IMG/VR virus record: IMGVR_UViG_3300037484_000165
Span: 1-48,879 of that record
Length of the DNA: 48,879 nt
Direction: 5' to 3' (one strand)
DNA from: a virus
Lineage: Duplodnaviria; Caudoviricetes
The notes below the pieces were generated by a model. That model saw only the letters and a program-made list of their open reading frames with translations, searched no databases and was not told the origin of the DNA. Shown in pieces: positions 8,424-17,168 of the stretch. The stretch's first letter is position 1; each line of letters opens with the position of its first letter. The position numbers were made by a program, and so were the translations under genes.

Positions 8424-8614
8424 ATTCCTGCATGCCTCCCGGCTGTAACCACGCGCCCCTGCGTCGTGATTATTTGCGCGCACACTAAAACACATTCGTC
8501 ACAGATGCAGATATCGTCGCTTCTGATCAGTACTCTGACTTCATTCAAGGATTTGAAGCAAAAGTAGCAATACAATAGCGGCTCTGGATCTGGTGGTGTG
8601 ACGGGGGTTTTCAT
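8420..8614 (-). CDS. Stand-alone ClpX C4-type zinc-finger protein
   Basis: LYCYFCFKSLNEVRVLIRSDDICICDECVLVCAQII matches the zf-C4_ClpX pattern. Confidence 0.8.
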   Translation of the reverse strand: MKTPVTPPDPEPLLYCYFCFKSLNEVRVLIRSDDICICDECVLVCAQIITTQGRVVTAGRHAGI

Positions 8615-8838
8615 TCGTATTCCCTCCACACGTTCGCCCAGTCGATGCGTTCACCGTCCTCGTCCTCGCGGATATGGTCCTCAATGATCGATATCAGCCG
8701 CCCGCGAAGGAAATCGACATCGGGATATTTCCGCGCCAACAGGCTCTCGTGCGCGATTGCGCCGTCTGCGCGGACGCTGATATTGTCCTGGCAATCCTCG
8801 CGGAATTGGGCGGTGGTGAGCGTGATGGTGGTTTTCAT
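8611..8838 (-). CDS. Hypothetical protein
   Basis: Begins MKTTITLT like the 8112-8423 gene; ATGA coupling. Confidence 0.65.
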   Translation of the reverse strand: MKTTITLTTAQFREDCQDNISVRADGAIAHESLLARKYPDVDFLRGRLISIIEDHIREDEDGERIDWANVWREYE

Positions 8839-9101
8839 TTGCTCGTCCTCGCGTTGAGTGCTTCGAGAAAATCCTTTATGTCTCGCAGGCAGTCAGCCGA
8901 GAAAAGAGAATCTTCCGGGATGAAGCAGAACATGCGCCACGGCCCATACCACGCGACTATTCCGAGTTCACCACCCGAGTGATTGTTTCGGCAGGACCAT
9001 GTATCGGCCTTGTCCGTTCCCCCAAGAATGGGATTTTTGGCCTTGACGGATTTTGGCTCGAAATGGATCCACCTGAACTGTGTCCAATCGCTCATGTGCA
9101 C
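8835..9101 (-). CDS. Conserved phage hypothetical protein
   Basis: LGIVAWYGPWRMFCFIPEDSLFSADCLRDIKDFL. Confidence 0.75.
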   Translation of the reverse strand: MHMSDWTQFRWIHFEPKSVKAKNPILGGTDKADTWSCRNNHSGGELGIVAWYGPWRMFCFIPEDSLFSADCLRDIKDFLEALNARTSK

Positions 9102-9145
9102 CTCGCAAAGTTTATAACGCCATGCTCATTGTGATTACCAGATCC

Positions 9146-9547
9146 TCACCTACCGCCATAGTATCGTTCCGTTTCTATCAAACCCTCAATAGTGCTCAGC
9201 GCCTTCCCGCTCCTAATCATGGCAGCGGTAAATCGCAGCGGCCTGTACCCCATCAGCACCGCCGCGTTCTGCTTCTCGATATCCCGCCGCATCCCCTTAC
9301 TCCGAAGGTGCCCGCCCGGTATCCACTTGCCGTTTTCCTGATGACCTTCCCCATCGATTTCCACGAGTATCATCGTGCCCTTGATGGCGAAATCGGCACG
9401 CCAGCGGCGGGGCGGTGCAAATTGGAACTGGCGCTTGAACTGGATACCAGCCGCCCGCAGGTTGAAGGCAAGCCGGTCCTCCAGCTTCGTGCGCTTCGCC
9501 CGCTTGATCTCGCGCAGGATCTCGGCTTGCGTGGCGGCGATGGTCAT
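9146..9547 (-). CDS. PD-(D/E)XK / DUF559-like endonuclease (possible resolvase)
   Basis: QFQFAPPRRWRADFA...LVEIDG...DIEKQNAAVLMGYRPLRFT. Confidence 0.85.
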   Translation of the reverse strand: MTIAATQAEILREIKRAKRTKLEDRLAFNLRAAGIQFKRQFQFAPPRRWRADFAIKGTMILVEIDGEGHQENGKWIPGGHLRSKGMRRDIEKQNAAVLMGYRPLRFTAAMIRSGKALSTIEGLIETERYYGGR

Positions 9548-9759
9548 TTGGAAAACATCCTATCTAAATATGCTTCTGCGTCTGCCAGTGTTTCGAAGTT
9601 ACAACTCTGAATCCCGAGCGCCAGACCATAGGGTAAGATACTGACGCGAACCCAGCGAGAACCGCTCCACGCATAGCTGAAATCGTCTTTCTTGTGAATG
9701 ATCCAGCGCCCCATGGCGTTCATGCAGATCCCCACATCAGATCGGATGAGATCGGTCAT
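9544..9759 (-). CDS. Hypothetical protein
   Basis: ATGA coupling at both ends; MTDLIRSDVG. Confidence 0.6.
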   Translation of the reverse strand: MTDLIRSDVGICMNAMGRWIIHKKDDFSYAWSGSRWVRVSILPYGLALGIQSCNFETLADAEAYLDRMFSK

Positions 9760-10025
9760 TCGGAATCCTTCAGCAGTTCGGCCAGCCAGCAGTCGGACTT
9801 GCATCCGAGGCATTGATACGCACCACATCCACAACAACTGCGGTTATGTTCGTCATCCTCGTCTGTCGGCTCGTGGACTTCGCAGGAGTTTTCATCGGGG
9901 GCGAATTGCAACTTCCGCAGCCCCCCGCGCAGCCGCTTGTTGTCGGCCTCCAGTCTATGAATCTCCTTACCGCACTCGTAATGAATCGAATCCTCTGGAA
10001 ACTCTTGATCTTCTGGTCCTGTCAT
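9756..10025 (-). CDS. Cys-rich hypothetical protein
   Basis: MTGPEDQE...CCGC...CKSDCWLAELL. Confidence 0.65.
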   Translation of the reverse strand: MTGPEDQEFPEDSIHYECGKEIHRLEADNKRLRGGLRKLQFAPDENSCEVHEPTDEDDEHNRSCCGCGAYQCLGCKSDCWLAELLKDSE

Positions 10026-10174
10026 TTGGATTCCTTCGGCTCGGGGATCGGGGTTGCCCACTCTCCTGGCAAGTCCTGTCCTTCGGTCAGCCAATTGAGG
10101 GATGATTTCGTGTGCCTCTTTTCAAGTGGATGCCTGTAAAAATAATATGCACTGCTCGGTATCGGCCCACTCCG

Positions 10175-11767
10175 CTACTTCAGCGTCAGCCGCTCAAGCT
10201 CGACCTTGAGCCGCTCTATCTCCCCGCACACCTCGCACTCCTTGCCGTTCGTCGTGTGCCCGCACGTGTTGCAGCGGATCTGGACGGCGGCGCGGTGGAT
10301 TTCAAGCTCGGCCCCGAGGCGGTCGTTACTCTCTTTGCACGAAGCCAACCATTGCCGCGCCTCCTCCAACTCACCCTTGAGGCGGTCGTTCTCATTCTCC
10401 AATGCGCCATAAGTCACTTGATCCTCGGTGCGGATTTTCTCCTGTAATTCTATTTCCCGCCGCGCCTCTCCGAGATCAGCCGCCCATTTCTCTGCAAATC
10501 TCCTCGCCTCAGCCAACTCCTGCTGATGAGTCAAGACTACGTAGCGCAATCGCACGACCTCTTGTCTTTCCTTGCATAGGTTACACTCCAACCCGCGACC
10601 TTCGCCGTAGTCCGTCAACTCGCAATTGCATTCCTCGCAACGTGGCCACTCGCTTTTCTCCTGGCTGAGAGACAGACAATTGGATAAATAAGTGCATTGG
10701 CGCTCCAGTTCTGAATTATGCTTCCGCGCCTCGGCCAATTCCTGTACCATTGCTTCAAACACCCATCCCGTAAGTTGCGCTGCTCCGCCTGGACATGGGG
10801 AGCCGGAGGGTTGATGTCTTTGTACCTCTCGCATGACATCGGTTAACTCAGTCTTGAGTCGGTCCCGCTCCTCCATCACCGCCTGAAGTGCGATCTCATC
10901 CCCCTGATGTTTGATGACCGCCGCGTCGCGCAGGGCCGCATTGCGGTCTACAAGGAGTTTCAACTGCTCCTCGTCCGAGCGTAGCGTGGATTTCAGCGTC
11001 TCAACATCCCGCTGCGCCTCGGCCAACTCCTTATTAACCTTCTCCCACTCATCCCAATGTACACGTTCATGCTTTGCAGAAAGGAGATCACGTCTCGCCT
11101 CGGCCAAACTCATACTTGTTTGAAGTCGCAAATTCTGTTCACGAATCCACAGTCTCTTCTTATCCCCAACCTCCCACCGCGCCTCTGCCAACTTCTGCTT
11201 GTAGGCGGCGAGGTCGGCCCGCAGATCCGTAATATGTTCTGGTATGCTCTTGCCTGTGTGCTCGGTGACGCCAAGGGCTTTCCACGACCGCGCACAACAG
11301 CAATCCTGGCAATGTGCAGTCCGCGCCTCTGCCAACTTCTGCTCCGACCTGTCCTTCTCGCGGATGTAACTGTCGTGCATCATCATGCGGCGCTTGACCT
11401 CCGCGGCCAACTCCTGCTCTAGGTTCTCTATCTCCCGATCCGTCTCCGACACAAACGCCGACAGCCTCTCTTGAAGTGTCGCGCCTTCGTGGTATGGGCG
11501 GCCGTTGGGGTCTCTGAGGTATTTGTCGCAGTCGGCCAACTCCTCAACCGCCCCGCACGTATGCCTGCCATGCGTACACACCTCGCAGTACCAATCGCCG
11601 TTCTCGGCTGATATCCCGCAATACCCGCACGTCCACTTGCCGCACTTGACGCATTTACCGCTGTGAGAGCGGGATTCGGCCAACTCGTGCTTGCAGGCGG
11701 CGAGGTCGGCATGGCATTTGCCAAGTTCAGACTCGTATCCGTCTATCATGTTTTCTGGATCGCTCAT
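10175..11767 (-). CDS. Modular coiled-coil protein with ~11 (E/K)LAEAR-type repeats and Zn-finger inserts (Ea22-like architecture)
   Basis: 530-aa ORF with a repeated ELAEAR motif and several CxxC pairs. Confidence 0.85.
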   Translation of the reverse strand: MSDPENMIDGYESELGKCHADLAACKHELAESRSHSGKCVKCGKWTCGYCGISAENGDWYCEVCTHGRHTCGAVEELADCDKYLRDPNGRPYHEGATLQERLSAFVSETDREIENLEQELAAEVKRRMMMHDSYIREKDRSEQKLAEARTAHCQDCCCARSWKALGVTEHTGKSIPEHITDLRADLAAYKQKLAEARWEVGDKKRLWIREQNLRLQTSMSLAEARRDLLSAKHERVHWDEWEKVNKELAEAQRDVETLKSTLRSDEEQLKLLVDRNAALRDAAVIKHQGDEIALQAVMEERDRLKTELTDVMREVQRHQPSGSPCPGGAAQLTGWVFEAMVQELAEARKHNSELERQCTYLSNCLSLSQEKSEWPRCEECNCELTDYGEGRGLECNLCKERQEVVRLRYVVLTHQQELAEARRFAEKWAADLGEARREIELQEKIRTEDQVTYGALENENDRLKGELEEARQWLASCKESNDRLGAELEIHRAAVQIRCNTCGHTTNGKECEVCGEIERLKVELERLTLK

Positions 11768-12174
11768 TTACCCACCTCCACATGCCGCCACCCGCCGTCC
11801 GTCTTGACCCAATCCCGCCCCTTGCACTCTTCCAGCTTTCCTCTCAACAGCGGTAGAATATCGGTAGCCACAGCACCGTTACGCCAAAGACCATGCAAAG
11901 CTATGAGGATGATGTCTCCCCACTCCACAGGGTCTTTGCCATCCGCGGCCCTCACCTCGGCGATCTCGTCCTCTAAGTGCTTGCAAATGGACTCGGTGTC
12001 GGCGTCAGGAAAGGTCGCATTGGCCCAGTGATAGTGATCCAACAGGAAGGCTTTAAACGTCTGCTGTCTGGCGGCGACGAGGTCTGATTCCAGGGCGGCG
12101 ATGGCGAGGTCCTTCAGACGGCATTCACTGCATTTCGATGTGATCGAGTAACCCGGCATACCATAAATCTCCAT
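11764..12174 (-). CDS. DUF550 / MazG-like dNTP pyrophosphohydrolase domain protein
   Basis: WANATFP...KHLEDEIAEV...DPVEWGDIILIALHGLWRNG...KLEECKGRDW. Confidence 0.8.
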   Translation of the reverse strand: MEIYGMPGYSITSKCSECRLKDLAIAALESDLVAARQQTFKAFLLDHYHWANATFPDADTESICKHLEDEIAEVRAADGKDPVEWGDIILIALHGLWRNGAVATDILPLLRGKLEECKGRDWVKTDGGWRHVEVGK

Positions 12175-12248
12175 CTCATCTCCTCTGCGGCCGGCGATCA
12201 CCTCTGGCGGCCGGTCGCTGTGTCGAGCCCGCCCGCTCGTGGGGAAGG

Positions 12249-13223
12249 CTATGGCTTCTGCGCGAAGAACGTGCAGACGTCCTCGTAGCTCGCCCTCGTG
12301 ACATCCTTGCTCGACTTGTAGCCCATCTTGGCAAGCGCGGCGTGGAGGGTTTCATCGGTGTATCCCGCCCCCCGAGCGATGGCGTACAAGCGCCCAACCT
12401 GTTTCTCGGTAATGACGTTGCCATTCGTAGGCAGCGCTGGCTGACTCGTCGAGGTTCCCTGGGTCGGCGGCGTAGAACTCAGTTGATCGAACGGGATTTG
12501 ATCGTCGAGTGGAGGGGCGGATTCGGATTTACGCTTGGGCATCTGTGGCGTTTGTTGGGTCGTCTGCATCTGTCCCTCTTCGTTCAACGTCTGCCCTTCA
12601 ACCTCTTCCGCTGGGGTCGGGTTGTATCCAGCGAGTACCACAATCCATCGGAGCGCGTTGGAATGAACTTTTGAGAGCGCCCTTGTCTCGGCCATGCTCA
12701 TCAACTGAAAAAGCGGAACCCGTTCTTCCCCGGTTGCTACCTTCTGTTTTTTCGGCAACTTCTTTCCGGGTTTTGCCGGGTTATCTTCCCAAATGATCTC
12801 ATCCTTGCCGGGATCTTCAACGGATGTTCCGCCTGATTTCTTGACGTAGACGTATTGGTATTTGGTGCGCGACGACCATTTGTCCTCATCGTTGAGGCAC
12901 ATGGATTCCGCCGTGGAAATGACTACGCCGGATTTCACGTGCACCAATTCGGAGAAGGCGTGGAACCCCTTAACTTCCCCGAACTCGACGAATCGCGTCT
13001 CCCTGATCCGTCCGGTGAGCCCGTAAAAGTGGCCCAACGTCTGCCACGCCTCGCACTTCAAATGCTCGGATGTGCCGAGCATGATCGCGGCCTTGGTCTT
13101 CACGACCACATCCTTGAGAGCCTTCGCCGCCCTACCAGCCTCCTCAAGAACCAATTCAGGAGTACGGGAGAGGCTCAACGCCGAACCGGTTCCCTCGTAC
13201 AATTCCATTGCCTGTGTGCTCAT
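12249..13223 (-). CDS. Putative single-strand annealing / recombination protein
   Basis: FQLMSMAETRALSK...AGYNPTPAEEV; C-terminal ITEKQVGRLYAI domain; close to the exonuclease gene. Confidence 0.65.
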   Translation of the reverse strand: MSTQAMELYEGTGSALSLSRTPELVLEEAGRAAKALKDVVVKTKAAIMLGTSEHLKCEAWQTLGHFYGLTGRIRETRFVEFGEVKGFHAFSELVHVKSGVVISTAESMCLNDEDKWSSRTKYQYVYVKKSGGTSVEDPGKDEIIWEDNPAKPGKKLPKKQKVATGEERVPLFQLMSMAETRALSKVHSNALRWIVVLAGYNPTPAEEVEGQTLNEEGQMQTTQQTPQMPKRKSESAPPLDDQIPFDQLSSTPPTQGTSTSQPALPTNGNVITEKQVGRLYAIARGAGYTDETLHAALAKMGYKSSKDVTRASYEDVCTFFAQKP

Positions 13224-13226
13224 ACG

Positions 13227-14021
13227 CTATCTCCCCCTGAAGCTGGTCACGGGCACGTTGATCGCCCGCACGCCGGGAATGTTCATCGTTTGCTTTTCGG
13301 CGCTCGCCCTCTTATTGAGGGCCACCATGTTCGCTTCGACGTAGGTTTCCGACACCTTGCCATCGACCACGGCGCGGCACAGGGCCTTGATATCGAAGAC
13401 CTCAGCTTTCCAGTTGGCGCGGCTTGGGGCGCTGGTAGACTTCTGGTAAGTAGGCGCTACCATTGGCGCGGGCGTCGGAGGAGGAAGCGGGGCCATTTCG
13501 ATCACGGGCTCCGGGATTGGCTCCGCCAAGATCTCCTCGGCTTCCTGCGTCCCGCCCATCTGCTCGAATTCCAGGGCGAGTCTCAATCGCTCCTCTTCCG
13601 CCGCCTTCCGCGCTTCGGCTTCAAGCCTGCGTTGTTCCCCGCGCTGAAGCCGCTCCTGCTCCTCGCGGTCTCGGCGTGTTTCCTCGTCTGCCCGCCGCTG
13701 CGCTCCGGCTCTGATGCGTACCTGCTCGGCATCCCAAACCGCAATCTTGTCCCCGCAGATCCGCTTCGTTTCCATGATCGGGTCGAGAAACAGTTTTTCG
13801 TCGTCAACCCACTGCTGCCATGCGGCCCGAGCCTTCGCTTTGCGCGGCTTGTAGAACTCGGTGATGATCGTTTCCTTGGCCTTCGCCGCGCTGCCCAGTT
13901 CCACAACCAGGTCATAGCTTTCCTGATCGCGGACGATGAGCGCCTTGGCCTGTTGTGGGAGTGTCAGTACTTCCCCGGCGATTGCCGGCCGTTCGATTAC
14001 CAGTGACAATTCTGCGTTCAT
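13227..14021 (-). CDS. Coiled-coil phage protein of the recombination module
   Basis: Long charged helix, Pro-rich linker and C-terminal IPGVRA motif. Confidence 0.75.
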   Translation of the reverse strand: MNAELSLVIERPAIAGEVLTLPQQAKALIVRDQESYDLVVELGSAAKAKETIITEFYKPRKAKARAAWQQWVDDEKLFLDPIMETKRICGDKIAVWDAEQVRIRAGAQRRADEETRRDREEQERLQRGEQRRLEAEARKAAEEERLRLALEFEQMGGTQEAEEILAEPIPEPVIEMAPLPPPTPAPMVAPTYQKSTSAPSRANWKAEVFDIKALCRAVVDGKVSETYVEANMVALNKRASAEKQTMNIPGVRAINVPVTSFRGR

Positions 14022-14554
14022 GAGATTCCCTCGATTCGTTTGAAATTGTGAAGTGTGAGTGCGGATAAAAATACGCCAAGGTCGGCCTGATACGTGTGTG
14101 GGCCGAACCACTCAAGATGATAGGTTCCGTCGTCCTGCAGTCTGACGACGAGGCGCTGATACAAGTGAGGCTTCGGGAAAAACGCACAGTATGCAGCGCC
14201 CTGCAATTTGTGCCATTTGGCCGCCGAACCTGACTTGATGTCCACGATCGTCGGCTTGTCGTCCACGGTTCCTTCCCGGTCGGGAATGCCGGAATATCTG
14301 AATGCCGGATGTTCCATGCGCTGCTCAATGTGCGTCCACCGGCACTTGTGTTCCGCGAGGAACTTCCGCCATGCCATGATGTAACCCATATATTGCCGCG
14401 TCGGCTCGAAGGACTCGTCTAGGTCGCCCTGCTCGTCGATGACTGTCGCCTGATGAATAAAGGTTCCGCGGTCCCGGCTCTCGTCGGTGAACCAATCGCC
14501 GTTGATCAGACCGGCGGATTTCAGAATCTCCGTCACCCGCGGCAGCTCAGTCAT
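14018..14554 (-). CDS. PD-(D/E)XK exonuclease
   Basis: LPRVTEIL, RGTFIH, YSGIPD, IVDIKSG, LQGAAY. Confidence 0.85.
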   Translation of the reverse strand: MTELPRVTEILKSAGLINGDWFTDESRDRGTFIHQATVIDEQGDLDESFEPTRQYMGYIMAWRKFLAEHKCRWTHIEQRMEHPAFRYSGIPDREGTVDDKPTIVDIKSGSAAKWHKLQGAAYCAFFPKPHLYQRLVVRLQDDGTYHLEWFGPHTYQADLGVFLSALTLHNFKRIEGIS

Positions 14555-14780
14555 TGACCACCGCCGCTTTCCGCTTCGCCCGACGGCGGGGATGGAGTTC
14601 GGGCATCTGTTTCGAGGGATCAATCTGCATCAGAATGTCCCGCAGGAGATTGCGCTTTGTGGTAGCTGTCTTCGGCAGGCGATCGGCGAAAGCGAGCAGG
14701 AGTTCTACGACCGCGCCCCTGTATTCCTCAACCGACCGCCTCAGTGCCAACTGGTACTTCCGCTCGGATAGGAGTCTCAT
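14547..14780 (-). CDS. Hypothetical protein
   Basis: MRLLSERKYQ...; overlaps both neighbours. Confidence 0.6.
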   Translation of the reverse strand: MRLLSERKYQLALRRSVEEYRGAVVELLLAFADRLPKTATTKRNLLRDILMQIDPSKQMPELHPRRRAKRKAAVVND

Positions 14781-15094
14781 AGGGCACCTACCTTGAACGT
14801 CCCGTCCCCCTGCTCGCCCAGGTGGTGTTCGAGCATCTTGTCCGCCCGCTGAATGCCGGTAGCCAGCCACGCCCTGACGCGCTCCGGCGAGCCCCAACAG
14901 TCGTGTGGGATCTCTTCATAGCAGTAGCCGACGATATCAACCAGGGCGGTTCGGTTGTCGTCGTCTGCCTTGATAACCGCTTCCAGCAAGTCGTTGCTCA
15001 GCACCGCCCGCAGAAATCCGCCTGTCGGGACGTGGTGATCGGCGTAGCGGCGCAGGCTTTCGATGATTTCAGGTTTGATTTTGTCGTATGACAT
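14777..15094 (-). CDS. Conserved phage hypothetical protein
   Basis: SLRRYADHHVPTGGFLRAVLSNDL...PHDCWGSPERVRAW. Confidence 0.85.
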   Translation of the reverse strand: MSYDKIKPEIIESLRRYADHHVPTGGFLRAVLSNDLLEAVIKADDDNRTALVDIVGYCYEEIPHDCWGSPERVRAWLATGIQRADKMLEHHLGEQGDGTFKVGAL

Positions 15095-15125
15095 TGGTAG
15101 AATCCTCTCGTTCGGTTTGCTTCAC

Positions 15126-15153
15126 GGCCGGGTGTCCGTCACTCGGCCTTTTT
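15126..15153 (+). terminator. Rho-independent terminator-like hairpin (antisense to the operon)
   Basis: GGCCGGGTG-TCCGT-CACTCGGCC followed by TTTTT. Confidence 0.45.
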
Positions 15154-15281
15154 AGTTTGGGGCGACAGCCGCAAGGTCGCCGCCCCTTCCCTCTAATAAG
15201 CTTCGGTATTTCCTGAGATTCGCTATTCGGAATCCTCCAAATGGTTAACTGCCTCAATTGCACTCTGTTCGACGGAGAAAT

Positions 15282-15497
15282 CTACAGCTTCGGAACCTCA
15301 CCCTGTTCCACGGGCTTGAAATTCTGGCATTCGATCTTGATCGTTCCGCCACCGAAATGCGCTCTTTCGAGAAACCCGGCCCGCTGACTGTAGTTCATGC
15401 TGTGGATGGCGTTGATTGCGCCTTGGACTAGAACCAAGTCCAGGCATTTCGGTTCGAGTTCACATTGATGGCACTTGTGATCCAGCCTGTAAGACAT
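15282..15497 (-). CDS. Hypothetical protein
   Basis: RBS AAGGAG; Cys-containing 71-aa ORF. Confidence 0.65.
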   Translation of the reverse strand: MSYRLDHKCHQCELEPKCLDLVLVQGAINAIHSMNYSQRAGFLERAHFGGGTIKIECQNFKPVEQGEVPKL

Positions 15498-15517
15498 GCT
15501 CTCTCCTTTCTATATTC

Positions 15518-15736
15518 CTATGCTCCGCTAAATCTCTTTATTTCTCCCCGGCTTGCCAGCATTGCTCCGGTGAAACAATCGCCGGAACATGCCCTGCAAT
15601 CATTGCCGTACCGGTATCCTGTGGGCAATTGGTCACTACATTTCCAGCAGACCTCTTGCCCACAAAATGCACAGGTATGAAGCCATCCCGATTCCGTCTG
15701 GCATTGATGGCACTTTCGTTTGTTGGACATATTCAC
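15518..15736 (-). CDS. Small zinc-finger protein
   Basis: CHQC, CAFC, CWKC, CRAC motifs. Confidence 0.65.
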   Translation of the reverse strand: MNMSNKRKCHQCQTESGWLHTCAFCGQEVCWKCSDQLPTGYRYGNDCRACSGDCFTGAMLASRGEIKRFSGA

Positions 15737-15759
15737 TCAAACTTGCGCGGGGCCAGTAC

Positions 15760-16010
15760 CAAGACCGACCCCGCATCCCGCCTGCGACCCCGAACCATGC
15801 GGGTCCGCCTTCGCATTTCGGCGGGGAAGTCTGCCGACCGCCTCAGTACTATCTAAGCGAGCTGAAGCGGTCGGACTTGCGGGAGCGGCTTGAAGCATAA
15901 CCCTTGCAAAGGTTGGTTCACCACCGCCTCCCGCAACCTGCTTGCCGCCCCCGGCCGGTTTCCGCGTTGCCACTGTGGGACGCGGTCTTGACCGGGGATC
16001 GGCGGCAAGG
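15760..16010 (-). ncRNA. Candidate structured RNA (array of ~5 hairpins)
   Basis: Consecutive GC-rich inverted repeats in a ~280-bp gap of an otherwise tightly packed operon. Confidence 0.45.
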
Positions 16011-16016
16011 TCAATC

Positions 16017-16226
16017 TCAACAATGACGGAGGAATTCCTGGATCCCATCCGGTCCAACGCGCGAACGGTACTCAAGAAACGCCCGTCTACATTCTGCCCA
16101 TTCACAGGAGGTGTGAACGAGATTGGTGTTGGGGACCGCCTCCGTTGGCCAATGGATCGGATGCGGGATTTTATCGGCTCCTGACTCGCCGCACAGACCG
16201 CAGATGTTTTCCTGTTCTTCGCTCAT
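16017..16226 (-). CDS. Hypothetical protein
   Basis: ICGLCGESGADKIPHPIHWP; RBS present. Confidence 0.7.
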   Translation of the reverse strand: MSEEQENICGLCGESGADKIPHPIHWPTEAVPNTNLVHTSCEWAECRRAFLEYRSRVGPDGIQEFLRHC

Positions 16227-16242
16227 CTCCCCGCCTCCGTCA

Positions 16243-16521
16243 TTATCCTAAAACCTTCGCCGCTATTTCCGCACACGCCTTCGATCCGGCGAAATATCCG
16301 TCAATGTATTGCTCGCTCGGTTCGCATGCGGATCTGGTGCGATGATCATGCCGGTGATGATCTTCAATCAGAATCAACGCATCGATATATTTGTTTTGTT
16401 CGTCCGCCACGTTGACAATGGGCTGATTGGCCAGACAATTGGCATGATGGAATCCGCGTTTCGTGCGATAGTAGGTCCCTTTGATCGCGTTTATCGGCAG
16501 TCCGCATCGTGTGCAGTTCAT
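16243..16521 (-). CDS. Hypothetical protein (CxxC...HxxC)
   Basis: MNCTRCGLPI...HHANC; ATGA coupling. Confidence 0.65.
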   Translation of the reverse strand: MNCTRCGLPINAIKGTYYRTKRGFHHANCLANQPIVNVADEQNKYIDALILIEDHHRHDHRTRSACEPSEQYIDGYFAGSKACAEIAAKVLG

Positions 16522-16706
16522 CTCCCCGCCTCGTTCTTTCTTATTGTCCTGATGCAAAGATCGTAAGCCGATTCCAACTTGTCGTCCGGGATTCCGTTGG
16601 GATAGATCCTGTCGAGCATTTGCGATTGTGGCTCCGTAAGTCTGGCGCGAGCCTGGTCGATCATTTGCCTCTTGAGAGTCAATACTGCTTCCTGCATTTC
16701 GCTCAT
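16518..16706 (-). CDS. Hypothetical protein
   Basis: Coupled ORF with RBS. Confidence 0.7.
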   Translation of the reverse strand: MSEMQEAVLTLKRQMIDQARARLTEPQSQMLDRIYPNGIPDDKLESAYDLCIRTIRKNEAGR

Positions 16707-16948
16707 CTCCAGCCTCCCACTACCACCGCCACAACCATCTTAATGACCATCGCCGCCACTCCGAGACACGTCAGTACGCCGATGACGGCCATGATGCCCG
16801 GCCAGTTCGGATGCAGATGGTTCCTGTGGCTCTGGTCGGCGTGGTGGTCGAATTGGTGGATGCTCCTCAGCGGTATGCCGCGTCCGGCAAGCTGTCGCCG
16901 GATGTAGCGGCGGTCCGATCCGTCGTTGATGCCGAGTAGGATGGTCAT
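16703..16948 (-). CDS. Small membrane protein
   Basis: C-terminal hydrophobic helix; coupled at both ends. Confidence 0.65.
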   Translation of the reverse strand: MTILLGINDGSDRRYIRRQLAGRGIPLRSIHQFDHHADQSHRNHLHPNWPGIMAVIGVLTCLGVAAMVIKMVVAVVVGGWR

Positions 16949-17166
16949 TTATCACGCTCCGCGAGCATGGCGCCTGCAGCCTCATAAGCGGCAACTGCAA
17001 TTGTCGGCATTAGTGTAGAGGCCGCACTTGGATCTTTGATTATTAGTTCACAGCAATGATCCAGGAGAGGCTGCATCGCTTCTGCAGCAAAGTAATCCCG
17101 TAGGGTCATGCCGCGTTCTGTGGTTCCCAAAGTCGGAAACGCCGATCCACCATTCACCTTATACAT
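16945..17166 (-). CDS. Conserved phage hypothetical protein
   Basis: GGSAFP...GMTLRDYFAAEAMQ...AYEAAGAMLAER. Confidence 0.85.
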   Translation of the reverse strand: MYKVNGGSAFPTLGTTERGMTLRDYFAAEAMQPLLDHCCELIIKDPSAASTLMPTIAVAAYEAAGAMLAERDK

Positions 17167-17168
17167 CG

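Noticed and set aside
10175-10177. Genome-wide TAG reassignment
   Set aside because: Portal, major capsid and many other genes end at TAG right before the next gene, so the standard code 11 fits.
15740-16010. tRNA gene
   Set aside because: No T-loop/D-loop arrangement or acceptor stem on either strand.
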